A stretch of 64,000 bases of DNA from an uncultured delta proteobacterium (GTDB lineage: Bacteria; Desulfobacterota; Binatia; DP-6). This document shows, piece after piece, positions 19,917-30,809 of the stretch. Where the stretch lies: NCBI GenBank assembly GCA_963815115.1, contig CAWFFN010000012.1, positions 844,231 through 908,230 on the forward strand. Reading direction: 5' to 3'. Within the stretch, counting starts at the first letter, position 1. Each line of letters opens with the position of its first letter. The notes beneath the pieces were generated by a model that saw nothing but the letters and a program-made list of their open reading frames with translations, was not told the origin of the DNA and made no database searches. Both the position numbers and the translations under genes were made by a program.

Positions 19917-22900
19917 TCAGGCCGGTGCGTCGCGGGGGGCGTGCGATTCGGAGATGCGGAAGAATGCCACGTACAGCGCCGGGAGGAAGATCAAGGTGAG
20001 CACCGTCGCCACGAGCAATCCTCCCATGATCGCGAACGCCATCGGACCCCAGAAGACGGTCCACGCGATCGGGATCATCCCGAGCACCGTGGAGATCGCC
20101 GTCAGCATGATGGGGCGGAAGCGGGAGAGGCAGGCCGCGATCACGGCATCCCACGGAGGCGTGCCCTGCGCGCGCTCGATCTCGACCTGCTCGATCAGGA
20201 TCACGGCGTTGCGGGCGACCATGCCGAACAATGCCAGGATGCCGAGGATGGCCACGAAGCCGAGCGGCCGGTTGAAGAGGAGGAGCGTGAAGACCACGCC
20301 GATGACGCCCATGGGCACCACGCTCAGGACCAGCGCCAGGCGCGAGAAGCTCTGCAGCTGGATCATCAGGAAGGTGACCATGAGGAACAGCATCACGGGC
20401 ACCACGGCCATCACCGAGGCCTGCGATTTGGCGCTCTCCTCGACCGTTCCGCCGACCACGATCTGGTAGCCCGGCGGGAGGCCCTGGTTCAGCTCCGCGA
20501 CCGCGGGCGCGAGGGCGGCGACCACGCTTTCGGGCGATCCGCCCGCCACCACGTCGCCCCGCACGGTCAGCGTCGGGACGCGGTCCCGGCGCCACACCAG
20601 CGGTTGCTCCTGCTCGAAGCCGAAGGTCGCAACCTGGCTGAGCGGAACGCTGCGCCCGTTGGGGAGCGGGATCTCCAGGGTCTGGAGCTTCGCCAGGTCC
20701 ACGCGCTGCTCGCCGACGGCTCGCCCGACGACGTCGACCAGGTAGATGTCGTCCCGCACCTGCGTGATCGGCACGCCAGTCACCACGCTGTTCAACGCCG
20801 TGCCGATGGCGCGCGAATCCAGTCCGATGAGGCGCGCCTGATCCTGGTCGATGTTGATCCGGACGAGGCGCCCGGGCTCCATCCAGTCGAAGTTCACCCG
20901 CTTGACGGCCCCGCCCGCGGCGATGGCCTGCGCCAGCCGCAAGGAGACGTCCTGCACCTGCGAGGGGTCGGGCCCGCTCACGCGGTACTGGATCGGCCAG
21001 CCGACGGGCGGCCCGAGCTCGAGCGGGGAGACGCTCGAGATGGCGGACGGGAACTGCTCGGCGAGGAACTGCTCGAGCTTCGGCTGCAGCCGCTGGCGCG
21101 CCTCGACGTCCTTGGCGACGACCACGGCCTGGGTGAAGAAGTCGTTCGGCAGCTGCACGTCGAGCGGCAGGTAGAACCGGACCGCGCCGCGCCCGACGTT
21201 GGTGCTCCAGTGCGCGACGTCGGGACTCTCCTTCAAGAAGGCGTCGAGGCGGCTCGAGGCCTCCTCGCTGGCGTAGATGGACGCGTTCATCGGCAGCGTG
21301 AGGTCGACCAGGAGCTCCGGCCGGTCGGACGACGGGAAGAACTGCCGCGGCACCCGCGGGCTCGCCAGGATGGCCGCGACGAAACAGGCGACCGTCAGGC
21401 CGATGGTGACCCAGCGTGCCCGCATCGCGGCGACCAGCAGCGCGCGGAACCCGCGCATGAGCCGCCCGGGCTCCTTCGACACCTTCTCCGCCGGCTTCTT
21501 CAGGATCCAGACGCCCAGGAGCGGCGCGAAGATCACGGCGACGAGCCAGGAGAGCATGAGCGCGAGCCCGACGACCACGAAGATCGAGAAGGTGTACTCG
21601 CCGGCCGCGCTGCGGGCGAAGCCGATGGGCACGAAGCCGGCCGCCGTGATGAAGCTGCCGGTCAGCATCGGGGCGGCGAGCGTCCGGTAGGCGAAGGTGG
21701 CGGCCTCCTCCTTCTCGTCGCCCGCGTCCAGGCGCTCGGTCATGGCGTCGATGGTCGTCATCGCGTCGTCGACGAGCAGCGTGAGCGCGATGATGAGCGC
21801 GCCGAGCGAGATGCGCTGGAGGTCGATGCTCAGGAACCCCATGATGGGGAACGTGATGGCGATCGTCAGCGGGATCGACAGCGCCACGACCGTGCCGGGG
21901 CGCACGCCGAGGCTGATGAAGCTCACCGCCATGATGATCGCGATCGCCTGCCACAGCGATTCCAGGAACTCGCTGATGGCGTGCTCGACGACGACGGGCT
22001 GATTCGCGACCAGCGTCGGCTCGATGCCGATCGGGAGATCGGCGGTGATCGTGCGCATGGCGGCGTCCAGGTTGCGGCCGAGGGTCAGGATGTCGCCGCC
22101 CTCGCGCATGGCGATGGCCAGGCCGATGCCGTTCTGGCCGTTCACGCGGAAGATGGGCTGCGGCGGGTCCGCGTAGCCGCGGTGGACCTGGGCGATGTCG
22201 CGCAGACGGATCGTCCGGCCGTTGGCGACGAAGTTGACGTTCCGGATGTCCTCTTCCGAGTCGAAGCTGCCCGTCACGCGCAGCGCGAGCGTCTCGTTGC
22301 CCGTCTGGACGGTGCCGGACGGCAAGACCAGGTTCTGCGCCCGGAGTGCGGCCACGAAGGCGGCTTGGTCGAGGCCCAGGCCCGCGAGCTGCCGGGTCGA
22401 GAACTCGATGAAGATGGTCTCGTCCTGGGTTCCGAGCAGCTCGATCTTCGCGACGTCCGGCACCTGCAGCAGCTTCGAGCGGATGCTCTCCGCGTAGTCG
22501 CGCAGCTCGCGGTGGCTGAAGCCGTCCGCGGTGAGCCCGTAGATGATCCCGAACACGTCGCCGAAGTCGTCGTCGAAGAACGGCCCGACGACCCCCTGTG
22601 GCAGCGTGTGGCGGATGTCGGCGACGCTCTTGCGCACCTGATACCAGGTATCCTCGACCTGTTTGGCCGACGTCGCGCCGACGAGGTTGACGAAGATCGT
22701 CGTGACGCCCGGTCGCGTGAAGCTGCGCAGGGAGTCGAGGTGCGGGGTTTCCTGGAGGCGGCGCTCGAGCCGCTCGGTGACCTGCTGCAGCGTCTCGTCG
22801 ATCGTCGCGCCGGGCCACCGCGCCGCGACGACCATCGTCCGCACCGTGAAGGGCGGATCCTCGTCGCGGCCGAGCTTGTAGAATGCGGCCGCCCCGGCGA

Positions 22901-22973
22901 GGGAGGACGCGAGCATCAGGTAGACGACGAACGAGCGGTGCTTCAGCGCCCATTCGGAGAGGTTGAGCCCCAT
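19917..22973 (-). CDS. RND efflux transporter permease (AcrB/AcrD/AcrF family)
   Basis: 1018 aa. Motifs NLSEWAL, LGRDEDPPFT, ISLGALIIAL.LLVDDA and RFRPIMLTA. Confidence 0.95.
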   Translation of the reverse strand: MGLNLSEWALKHRSFVVYLMLASSLAGAAAFYKLGRDEDPPFTVRTMVVAARWPGATIDETLQQVTERLERRLQETPHLDSLRSFTRPGVTTIFVNLVGATSAKQVEDTWYQVRKSVADIRHTLPQGVVGPFFDDDFGDVFGIIYGLTADGFSHRELRDYAESIRSKLLQVPDVAKIELLGTQDETIFIEFSTRQLAGLGLDQAAFVAALRAQNLVLPSGTVQTGNETLALRVTGSFDSEEDIRNVNFVANGRTIRLRDIAQVHRGYADPPQPIFRVNGQNGIGLAIAMREGGDILTLGRNLDAAMRTITADLPIGIEPTLVANQPVVVEHAISEFLESLWQAIAIIMAVSFISLGVRPGTVVALSIPLTIAITFPIMGFLSIDLQRISLGALIIALTLLVDDAMTTIDAMTERLDAGDEKEEAATFAYRTLAAPMLTGSFITAAGFVPIGFARSAAGEYTFSIFVVVGLALMLSWLVAVIFAPLLGVWILKKPAEKVSKEPGRLMRGFRALLVAAMRARWVTIGLTVACFVAAILASPRVPRQFFPSSDRPELLVDLTLPMNASIYASEEASSRLDAFLKESPDVAHWSTNVGRGAVRFYLPLDVQLPNDFFTQAVVVAKDVEARQRLQPKLEQFLAEQFPSAISSVSPLELGPPVGWPIQYRVSGPDPSQVQDVSLRLAQAIAAGGAVKRVNFDWMEPGRLVRINIDQDQARLIGLDSRAIGTALNSVVTGVPITQVRDDIYLVDVVGRAVGEQRVDLAKLQTLEIPLPNGRSVPLSQVATFGFEQEQPLVWRRDRVPTLTVRGDVVAGGSPESVVAALAPAVAELNQGLPPGYQIVVGGTVEESAKSQASVMAVVPVMLFLMVTFLMIQLQSFSRLALVLSVVPMGVIGVVFTLLLFNRPLGFVAILGILALFGMVARNAVILIEQVEIERAQGTPPWDAVIAACLSRFRPIMLTAISTVLGMIPIAWTVFWGPMAFAIMGGLLVATVLTLIFLPALYVAFFRISESHAPRDAPA

Positions 22974-24106
22974 CAGGAGGGGGAAGAATCCAGGAGGCGA
23001 ACCTTCTGCCCCGGATAGAGCGCCTGGACGCCGGCGGTCACGACGACGTCACCCGGGGCGAGCCCCTTCGACACCACGACGGCGTCGGGGTCGAAACGCA
23101 GCACGTCGATCGTGCGCAGCGACACCGTGGAGGTGGACGGGTCGACGATCCACACTGCCGGCTGCTGGTTGCTCCGGGTGAGCGCCGCGGCCGGGATGTC
23201 GATGACGCTGCTGGAGTCGACGTCCATGCGCCCGGTCACCGTGGTGCCGAGGCGCATGGCGGCCGGCGGATCGGTCAGGCCCACCTTGACCTCGAAGGTG
23301 CGGGTGACCGGGTCTGCCTGGGGGGCGACCTCGCGCACGCGTCCGACGACCGTCACGCCCGGGTCGTCCTGCAGCGACACGGTGATCTGCGGGTTCTTCG
23401 GCGCCGATCGAATCACCTGGGCGGGCACGTCGAACACGGCGTCTCTGCCTCCCTGGCGCGCCAGCGTGACGATCATTCTCCCGGCCGACACCACCTCGCC
23501 CGGCTCGGCGCCGACCGAGGTGATGACCCCCGCGGCGTCCGCCTTGAGCTCGGTGAAGGCCAGCTGGTCCTGGGCGAACTTGACCTGCGCTTCGGCCGCC
23601 TCGACCTGGGACTGCGCCGTCTGGAACGACTCCCGCGCCCGGTCGAGCTCGGACTGCGACACGGCACCGCGAACGGCGAGGGGCTCCTGACGGCGCAGGT
23701 TGTTGCGGGCGTTGGTCAGCTGCCCCTGCGCAGCCGTCAGGTTCGCGCGTGCGGCACGCAGCGAGTTCTGCTCGTTCTGCGGCTCGAGCCGCGCCACCAG
23801 CTGTCCGGGCCGGACCCGGTCGCCGTTGTTGACCCGCCGTTCGATCATCCGGCCCGAGACACGAAAGGCGAGCGGGGCCTCGTCCTGCGCGCGGATGCTG
23901 CCGGTGAGCACGACGGGTACGCCCGCATCCCGCTTCGCGATGGTGACCGTTCGCACGGGCCGGATCTCCGGTGCGGTCGGGGCGGCCTCGGGCCGGCAGG
24001 CGACCGCGATCGTCATCAGGCACACGGCCGCTGCGCCCGCCCATGCCAGCCGGGTGGGTAGGCGCAGCGAGAGGTAGCGCCCAACCCCGCGGTGCCGCCT
24101 TTCCAT
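22973..24106 (-). CDS. RND efflux periplasmic adaptor (membrane fusion protein)
   Basis: Lipobox-like AVAC, LAFRVSGR lipoyl half, coiled hairpin, EVAPQADPVTRTF. TGATG coupling to the permease. Confidence 0.92.
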   Translation of the reverse strand: MERRHRGVGRYLSLRLPTRLAWAGAAAVCLMTIAVACRPEAAPTAPEIRPVRTVTIAKRDAGVPVVLTGSIRAQDEAPLAFRVSGRMIERRVNNGDRVRPGQLVARLEPQNEQNSLRAARANLTAAQGQLTNARNNLRRQEPLAVRGAVSQSELDRARESFQTAQSQVEAAEAQVKFAQDQLAFTELKADAAGVITSVGAEPGEVVSAGRMIVTLARQGGRDAVFDVPAQVIRSAPKNPQITVSLQDDPGVTVVGRVREVAPQADPVTRTFEVKVGLTDPPAAMRLGTTVTGRMDVDSSSVIDIPAAALTRSNQQPAVWIVDPSTSTVSLRTIDVLRFDPDAVVVSKGLAPGDVVVTAGVQALYPGQKVRLLDSSPS

Positions 24107-24230
24107 GCTCTTCCGGTTCAGGTCGAAACTCCGCGTCGCGCAAGATCGGACGGGGACGAGAAGACAACGAGACCGAACGCCGGGTCAAGAGGGCCGCCCG
24201 AGTTCGCCAGCACGCGGATGAAGACGCAGC

Positions 24231-25760
24231 TCACGGGTCCGCACGCGGGGAGGCCGCGAGAGAGCCCTCCCGCGCCGCCGGATCGACTGCCGCGAAGGGG
24301 CGGGTGCTTCCCGCACCGACGCCGTTCGCGATCCGTTCGAGCACGTAGGAGAAGAACGGATTGGACAGCAGGCGAAGCGACGTGTTCGGGTTCAAGACGA
24401 GCGCGCCGAGCTCGCCGCGCGCGGTCAGGTTTCCCAGGTTGATGCCGAATCGTTCGGCGGGGTCCGGCTGGAGGCCGTAGAGCCCGTCGCTCACCGGAAA
24501 CGGCAGCGCGACGTGGGAGAGCGAGTACACCTCGGCGGGATACTGCAGTCCCAGCGGGCGCGTCTGCTCGCTCGCGGTGCCGGCCTCGGTGACCCGTTCC
24601 ACGACGTCGCTGCTGGCGGCGGTCGCGTTGCTGATGATCGTCGTCCGGAAGGGCCGCGGCGGCGGAGGCAGCAGGCGCTCCAGCTTGGTCTCGGCGGCGG
24701 CGCTGAACAGCTCCACGAACTTCGATGCGCGGTTGATGTCGAACAGGACGAGCTCGCTGCCGTTTGCGGGAAGACGTGCGTACAGCGCGTCGACGATGGC
24801 GTGCGTGCTGACCGTGAAGTCCACCGCCGACTGGAACGTGAGGATGGGGGGGAGCAGGCCCAGGCGGTGCGCGCGCTCGAGGCGCGCGATCTGCTCCTGC
24901 AGCACCATCGTCAGGCGATGCGTCTGGCGGGCGCCGTTGACCGGAAAGGAGTTGTACTTGAACGGGTTGAACTCGGGCAGCACGCTGAGCCAGGCGGCCT
25001 TCGCGAAGGCGGGGAAGATCGCGGGCCAGCCGGCGATGCCGGCGAAGCGCGCGAACCTGGTGATGCCGATCATCGGCGAGATCAGCACGACGCGCTCGGG
25101 ACGTGCCAGCCGCGGGTCGTCGACGGCGTCCAGCGCGTACTGCAGTGCCAGCGCCCCGCCGTTGGAGTAGCCCACCAGGTGAAGGGGGAGCGCGGGTCCG
25201 GTGCGTCGCTTCGCCTCGCGCACCGCGAGACGCGTCGCCGCCCGCCAGTCTTCCCACTCGACGTCGGTGAGGGCGGCGGGCACCGTGCCGTGGGCGGGCA
25301 GGCGGATCGCGACGGCGACATAGCCCGCTGCGCGATAGCGCTGGGCGACGTGGCGGGTGCTGTAGGGCGAATCGGTCAGCCCGTGCAGCAACACGACGGC
25401 GCCGGCGGGGGCGCCGTCGGGCTCCAGCACGTAGGACCGGTTCCAGTCGTGGGCCAGGTGCGGCGGATAGACCGCACTGCCGGCGAAGTAGCGGTTGAAC
25501 CGGACGCGATCGCCGGCGTCCAGGCGATCGGTGACCTCGGTCCGCACCGCCGCGAACACACGGTCCTCGGCCTCCAGGTACGCGTCCCACTCGATCGCAT
25601 CGATCTCCTTCGCGCGCAGCTCGTCGGGCACGAACGTGTGCCAGGGTTCGAGTGGTGGCCCGCGTTGCGAGTCCCACGCGCGGATCGCCAGGACCGTCAG
25701 CGCGCACACCGCGAGCACCACCGTCCCGCGCTTCAGGATCCTGCGTATTCTGGCCGACAT
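24231..25760 (-). CDS. membrane-anchored alpha/beta hydrolase
   Basis: Motifs LLHGLTDSPYS, RLPAHGT, nucleophile GYSNGG, QSAVDFTV and SLSH. Confidence 0.85.
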   Translation of the reverse strand: MSARIRRILKRGTVVLAVCALTVLAIRAWDSQRGPPLEPWHTFVPDELRAKEIDAIEWDAYLEAEDRVFAAVRTEVTDRLDAGDRVRFNRYFAGSAVYPPHLAHDWNRSYVLEPDGAPAGAVVLLHGLTDSPYSTRHVAQRYRAAGYVAVAIRLPAHGTVPAALTDVEWEDWRAATRLAVREAKRRTGPALPLHLVGYSNGGALALQYALDAVDDPRLARPERVVLISPMIGITRFARFAGIAGWPAIFPAFAKAAWLSVLPEFNPFKYNSFPVNGARQTHRLTMVLQEQIARLERAHRLGLLPPILTFQSAVDFTVSTHAIVDALYARLPANGSELVLFDINRASKFVELFSAAAETKLERLLPPPPRPFRTTIISNATAASSDVVERVTEAGTASEQTRPLGLQYPAEVYSLSHVALPFPVSDGLYGLQPDPAERFGINLGNLTARGELGALVLNPNTSLRLLSNPFFSYVLERIANGVGAGSTRPFAAVDPAAREGSLAASPRADP

Positions 25761-25833
25761 CACGCAGGCACTGCCCCGGGCTCGCCGAGGGCCGCCCGGT
25801 CTCTGCGCTGCGATGCGCGGACCGCGGTGTTCC

Positions 25834-26368
25834 TCAGCGCGAGAAAGCCCAGGCGAGGCGGTTCGCGCCGCTCAGGATGAGGCTGATCCCGACCAGCAAG
25901 GCGATGATGCGCACCGAATCGTGCGGCCAGCCGGAGAAGATCAGGAACGCGAGGAGCAGAGTGACGATGCCGTCGAACAGCCACCAGCCCCAGCCAGCCA
26001 GCGGACGGAGCTGGAGCGCGCCGAAGACGCTGATCACGCCCTTCACCAGGAACACCCAGGCCAGGGTCAGCGCCAGGGCGGCGAGCCCCGCTCTGGGATC
26101 TCTCGAGCATGTAGAAGCCGACGGCGAGATAGAGGACCCCGAGGAGCACCTTCCACGGCCGGTTCTCGCCCGAGCTCCAGGCGGAGATCAGCTCGGCGAC
26201 GCCGCCGAAGACGAGGCCCCAGCCGACCCAGAATGTGGCGAACAGCGCCGCGAGATAGGGCGCCGCCAGCGCTTCCATCCCGACGACGATCAGCAGCACG
26301 CCTGCTGCGATCGACCACCCCCGACTGGTCCGAGCCGCTCCCGCAACTGCCTCACCGGAACCCGCCAT
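25834..26368 (-). CDS. HdeD/DUF308 family membrane protein, frameshifted near 26100
   Basis: N-half (GVLLIVVG..ALAAP...W) is in the ORF starting at 26368. C-half (GWGWWLFDGIVTLLL...GWP..S...I.LLVGISLI) is in another frame ending at 25834. Confidence 0.78.
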
Positions 26369-26667
26369 GTCAGACCTCCCTCCTCCTCATGCTGCCCGAG
26401 GACGATCGGTGCGATGCTGAAATCCCATTTCACTCCCGAGCGCAAGGCGCCGACGTTGGCTGGCGCTGCTGGGGCGAAGCCAGTAGAGGGGACGCCACCA
26501 AGCTCGATGACCTGGCGATTGCTCCCCGCCGCCCTGGTGGTGGCTAGCCTTCTGCAGCCGGCGCGTGGCCAGCTCCTCGCGGTGATGCGGCTCCGTGCCG
26601 CCCTGGATGGAGGCTGGAGCGCTGCCGCGCAGGACGCGCCGCTCGACGCCTTCCCCGACTGGCCGCG

Positions 26668-28639
26668 GTGATCCCTCGTGCCGCCGGTCGCGCGCTGCGC
26701 GGCGTTCTGGCCGCCGGCGCGGCGCTCCTGCTGGTGGCCTGTGGCCCGCCGGTCGGCGTCAGCCGCGTGTCGCCGCGCGAGGTCTCGCGCGACCTGACGC
26801 GCAGCGCGTTGAACTCGACCATGCCGAGCGAGTTCAGCGAAAACGTCCTGAACCGCTGGGACCTCCGCGAGCGCTTCCGCCGGGATCCCGAATCGGCCCT
26901 CGCTCGGCTGCATCAGCTGGCCGTCGAGGGACGCGGTCGCGATACCACGCTGTTCGCGCTCGCGGAGCTGTCGTTCGCCCATGCCGAAGCGACGCGCAAA
27001 CGGGACTACTCCCTGCTGGCAGCGGTCACCGCGTGGGCGTTCCTGTTCCCCGGCGGCGACGATGAGCCGCCGGACGAGTTCGATCCACGGCTGCGCATCG
27101 CGGCCGACCTCTACAATCGCGGGCTCACTCAGGCGCTCGCGTCCGGCGACGGCTCGGTGGTCGATCTGCGCTCCGGTCTCTACCCGCTCCCCTTCGGCCA
27201 GCAGGTCGCGGTGCACATGGAGCCGGACGCGCTGCGCTGGGGCGATCGCGAGCTGGTGGACTTCGTCCCCGTCGCCGAGCTCCGGGTGCGGGGACTTCGA
27301 TCCCGGCACCGGCGCCCGGGGATCGGCGCGCCCCTGGCAGCCAGGGCGATCGCCATCCATCCGGACGTCAAGGGCCGGGACTTCCTCGGTCCGGACGCCA
27401 GGACGCCGGTGACGGCGCTGCTGCGCATCGACGATGCGCGCCGCCAGCTCACGCAGCCGGTGATCCACGGCTCGCTCGGCGTCTACGGCATGTCCGATCG
27501 GCGAAGCGTCGAGATCGACGGCCGGCAAGTCCGGCTCGAGGTCGAGCCGAGCGCTGCCCTCGCGTGGACGCTGAGCCAGTCCCAGAAATGGCGCTGGGAG
27601 CGCCGCGGGTTCTTCGTCGGCGACCTGCTGCGGCAGGAGCTGCCCACCAGCCTGACATTCACCCAGCCATATCGTCCCGGTCTGATTCCGGTGGTGCTCG
27701 TGCACGGCACGCTCTCCAGTGCCGGCCGATGGGCCGACATGCTCAACGATCTCGAGAACGACGGGCGGCTGCGCGATCGTTTCCAGTTCTGGTTCTTCCA
27801 CTACAGCACGGGCAGTCCCATCCCGTACTCCGCCATGTTGCTCCGCGACGCGCTCACGGACGTCGTCGCGCAGCTCGATCCCGAGGGCAGGGACGCGGCC
27901 CTGCGTCAGATGGTCGTGATCGGGCACAGCCAGGGCGGGCTGCTCGCCAAGATGACCGTGATCGATCCCGGAACCCGGATCTGGGACACGATCAGCCGCC
28001 GGCCTCTCGCCGACATGTACGTCAGCCCGGAGACGCGCGAGCTCCTGGAACGCGCCCTCTTCGTTCGCCCCTTGCCGTTCGTCAGCCGGGTGATCTTCAT
28101 CGCGACGCCGCACGGTGGCAGCTCCACCGCGACCGGTCTGATCGTCCGGACGCTGAGCCGGTTCGTCACGCTGCCAGGCGACGTGCTGAGCGCGGTAGCG
28201 GATCTCATGGAGGGCAACATGCGATGCTCTCCTCCTCGACCCGCGGCGGCCGGACTTCGGCAGCGTCTATGGAATGCGGCCGGGCAGCCCGTTCCTCCAG
28301 GCCCTCGCCGCCACGCCGATCGCGCCCGGCATCGCCGCGCACTCGATCATCCCGGTGACCGGAGCCGGCCCCGGACCGAACGCGAGCGACGGCGTCGTCA
28401 CGTACCGGAGCGCGCACATCGACGGCGTCGAGTCCGAGCTCGTGATTCCCTTCGCCGGGCACTCGGCGCAGGGCCATCCGATGACCGTCGAGGAGGTGCG
28501 CCGCATCCTGCTCGCGCACGCGGCGGCCGTGTGTGCGACCTCCGGGGTCGCCTGCGGCCCGGGCACCGGCGCCGAGAGGCGCGAGCCGGGTGCAGAGCCC
28601 GCCGGCCGCCCCGACGAGCCGGCCCGCTACCAGCGCTGA
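26668..28639 (+). CDS. lipoprotein esterase/lipase (alpha/beta fold), frameshifted near 28220
   Basis: Lipobox LLVAC, IPVVLVHGT.SS, GHSQGG, FIATPHGGS. The C-terminal HSII, SDGVV.Y.SAH and H..TVEEVRRIL motifs are in a different frame (ORF 28274-28639). Confidence 0.82.
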
Positions 28640-29343
28640 GCGCGGGACAGGTCCGACACCGTTCTCGTGATCTGCTCGGAGGTGCGCCGCGCATCGGCGT
28701 CGATCGACGCGCGGAACTCCCGGATCACGCCGACGCCCGACGTGATGATGGCGGAGGTCGCGACGGTCCCGGCGACGGCCCCGCCCGCGACGAAGAAGCC
28801 GGCGCCGGGAAGGCGCGAGCCCTCGGCCACGGTGTCGAACTGCTTGATCGGCCGCCAGCCGTCCGGGGTCACGTGGAACATCTCGACCTGCGTCCGGACC
28901 TCGGTCGCGCCGACGCCGAGCCCGATCACGAAGCGCTGCACCTGGGACCCCTCGTTGACGCGCAGGAACTGGCCCTGGATCACGAGATCGTTCGGCCCCG
29001 GCGGGACGGCCCCCGTGGCGCGCTCCGCGGAGAGCCCGAGCCCCCGGATGTCCTCGACCAGCCGGTTCGCGAGCGTGTCCGCGATCGCCTGCGCGACGAC
29101 ATCCGACTCGGTGACGTACAGCCCCACCGCCCGGCGCGCCGTCCGGCGCGGCGACGAGCCCACCCGGACGTCGGCCGCGCCGGTGTCGAAGTCGAACACG
29201 ACGACCCGCGGGGGCCGTGGCATCGTGGCGGACCGGTCCGCCTGGAGGTTCTGCACGCGCGCCCGGGCGCACCCGGCGCAGAGCGCGATCGCGCTCGCCA
29301 GCAGCAGACCGCCCAGGATTTGCCGGGTCCTCAACCGTTCCAT
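28627..29343 (-). CDS. DUF4410 family lipoprotein
   Basis: Lipobox CAGC, then VVFDF, I.GQF..VNEGS...RFVIGLG.G and terminal W. GGAGG SD before the ATG at 29343. Confidence 0.75.
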   Translation of the reverse strand: MERLRTRQILGGLLLASAIALCAGCARARVQNLQADRSATMPRPPRVVVFDFDTGAADVRVGSSPRRTARRAVGLYVTESDVVAQAIADTLANRLVEDIRGLGLSAERATGAVPPGPNDLVIQGQFLRVNEGSQVQRFVIGLGVGATEVRTQVEMFHVTPDGWRPIKQFDTVAEGSRLPGAGFFVAGGAVAGTVATSAIITSGVGVIREFRASIDADARRTSEQITRTVSDLSRAQRW

Positions 29344-29651
29344 GTGGCCTCCTTCGGGTGTACCGCGCGCCGGCGGGTCGCATACCACGTCGCGTGATCC
29401 GTTCAACCCGTGCCCGGCTCTCGCGACGAAGACGTCCACGCCGAAAAGCGCGGCGCGCTGCACGAATAAGTTGCGATGTTTTTTGACTTCGCATACAGCA
29501 CCGTTGCGATTCGTCGCCTGCTGTTGGCCGAGCATCGAAGACGGGATCTCTCGCCAGATTCGACTCAGAGGAGGCCGTGCCGCCTGTCGGCGTCGCCCTT
29601 TCAGGCAGCCCCGGGTTGCTTGGCGATCCGGGCAGACCAGGAGATGCGCTC

Positions 29652-30536
29652 ATGGCTAGGACGAATCTGACCGGGCCCGCCATGGCTTCGGGGGCCCGCG
29701 CGCCGCGCCAACGCGTGTGTCGCGCCGGCGGCGTGCGGGCGACGCTCCTGGCCGTGGCGATCGTCCTCGGCCGGCTCGCTCCCGCGATCGCCCAGGAAGG
29801 TTTCCTGCAGCGCGACGGCGGCGTCACGTCGGCGTACCCGTACGGCTACAGCGACGGAGGTCAGGAATCTCCGGAGGAAGCGCCCGGCCGCTGGGAGCTT
29901 CCCGGTCCCTTCGACCTGCTGCCGCCTGATCCGGTGGTGCAGGCGCTGGTCTTCGGGCCGACCTTCCGCAACCAGCAAGCGCGCACGGAGGTCGGGGGCG
30001 CGGCGGCGTACGTCAATTCCAAGTGGGCGGTGCCCTTCCAGTTCAGCGTCGAGACGACCTGGGTGCGCCGCAAGCGGGAGCCGAGCGACGACCGGAATTT
30101 CCGCCGGGTCAGGCTCGCCGGGGACGCGGAGGTCTGGCAGCGGAGCAGCACGTACGAGGGGACCGCCGTCGCGCTGACGGGCTTCTTCGACAATCAGAAC
30201 TCGAGCTTCAGCACGTTCGAGACGGGCGTGGCCGTGACCCAGTCGATCGGCAGGCGCCTGTCGATCTCGGGCAACGCGTTCTGGCGAAGGGAATGGGTCG
30301 TGGGTGGGCCGATACTCGACGCGCCGGTCGGCGCCTTCGGCGCCTCCTACAACTTCGGCGCGGGTGTGCGGTTCGGCGGGTTCTACGAGCTCTACAACAA
30401 GGTGTTCTTCTCGGACGACTGGGGCATGTTCCTGGGATACCAGTTCCTGCCCTGGGCCGAGGCCATCGTCGATGGCGGGAAGTTCCAGTTCGTCCGCGCG
30501 CGGCTCCTGTTCACGCTTCCGCTGGAACGGCCCTGA
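29652..30536 (+). CDS. secreted protein, probable outer-membrane beta-barrel
   Basis: Signal peptide (AIA-QE) followed by alternating amphipathic strands rich in aromatic residues. Start is uncertain (29652 or 29682). Confidence 0.6.
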   Translation: MARTNLTGPAMASGARAPRQRVCRAGGVRATLLAVAIVLGRLAPAIAQEGFLQRDGGVTSAYPYGYSDGGQESPEEAPGRWELPGPFDLLPPDPVVQALVFGPTFRNQQARTEVGGAAAYVNSKWAVPFQFSVETTWVRRKREPSDDRNFRRVRLAGDAEVWQRSSTYEGTAVALTGFFDNQNSSFSTFETGVAVTQSIGRRLSISGNAFWRREWVVGGPILDAPVGAFGASYNFGAGVRFGGFYELYNKVFFSDDWGMFLGYQFLPWAEAIVDGGKFQFVRARLLFTLPLERP

Positions 30537-30537
30537 G

Positions 30538-30798
30538 ATGATCGCGGGCGTGCTGGTCGCGCTGCTCCTCGTCGCCGGGTCCCCGGCGTGCCTGGCGGGC
30601 GAAGGCTATCTCGATCGCTCGAAGGTCCGGGAAGCCGTGCCGTATGGAACCACCATCGAGCCGCCGGCCGCGAAACGGGCACCCGCACCGGCCGCCGGCC
30701 GCGATCGCGATACCGGACAGCCGAGCGTTACGACGTCGAGCACCAACCCCTCCGAGTCCACCCCGAACGATCGCGGCCGCGGCCCGGATCGACGGTAG
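30538..30798 (+). CDS. small secreted protein with disordered tail
   Basis: ATG lies directly after the upstream stop. Signal peptide, then mature N-terminus EGYLDR..V..AVPYG resembling the upstream protein. Confidence 0.6.
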   Translation: MIAGVLVALLLVAGSPACLAGEGYLDRSKVREAVPYGTTIEPPAAKRAPAPAAGRDRDTGQPSVTTSSTNPSESTPNDRGRGPDRR

Positions 30799-30809
30799 GT
30801 CGGAGGGTG

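Noticed and set aside
17743-23018. Very long alternative ORFs (1736 aa and 1064 aa) and similar ones throughout the window
   Set aside because: They are Arg/Ala/Gly/Pro-rich shadow frames of real genes, expected in high-GC DNA.
26507-26671. 54-aa ORF with a signal-like N-terminus overlapping the lipase start
   Set aside because: No family is recognisable, and I cannot distinguish a remnant from chance.
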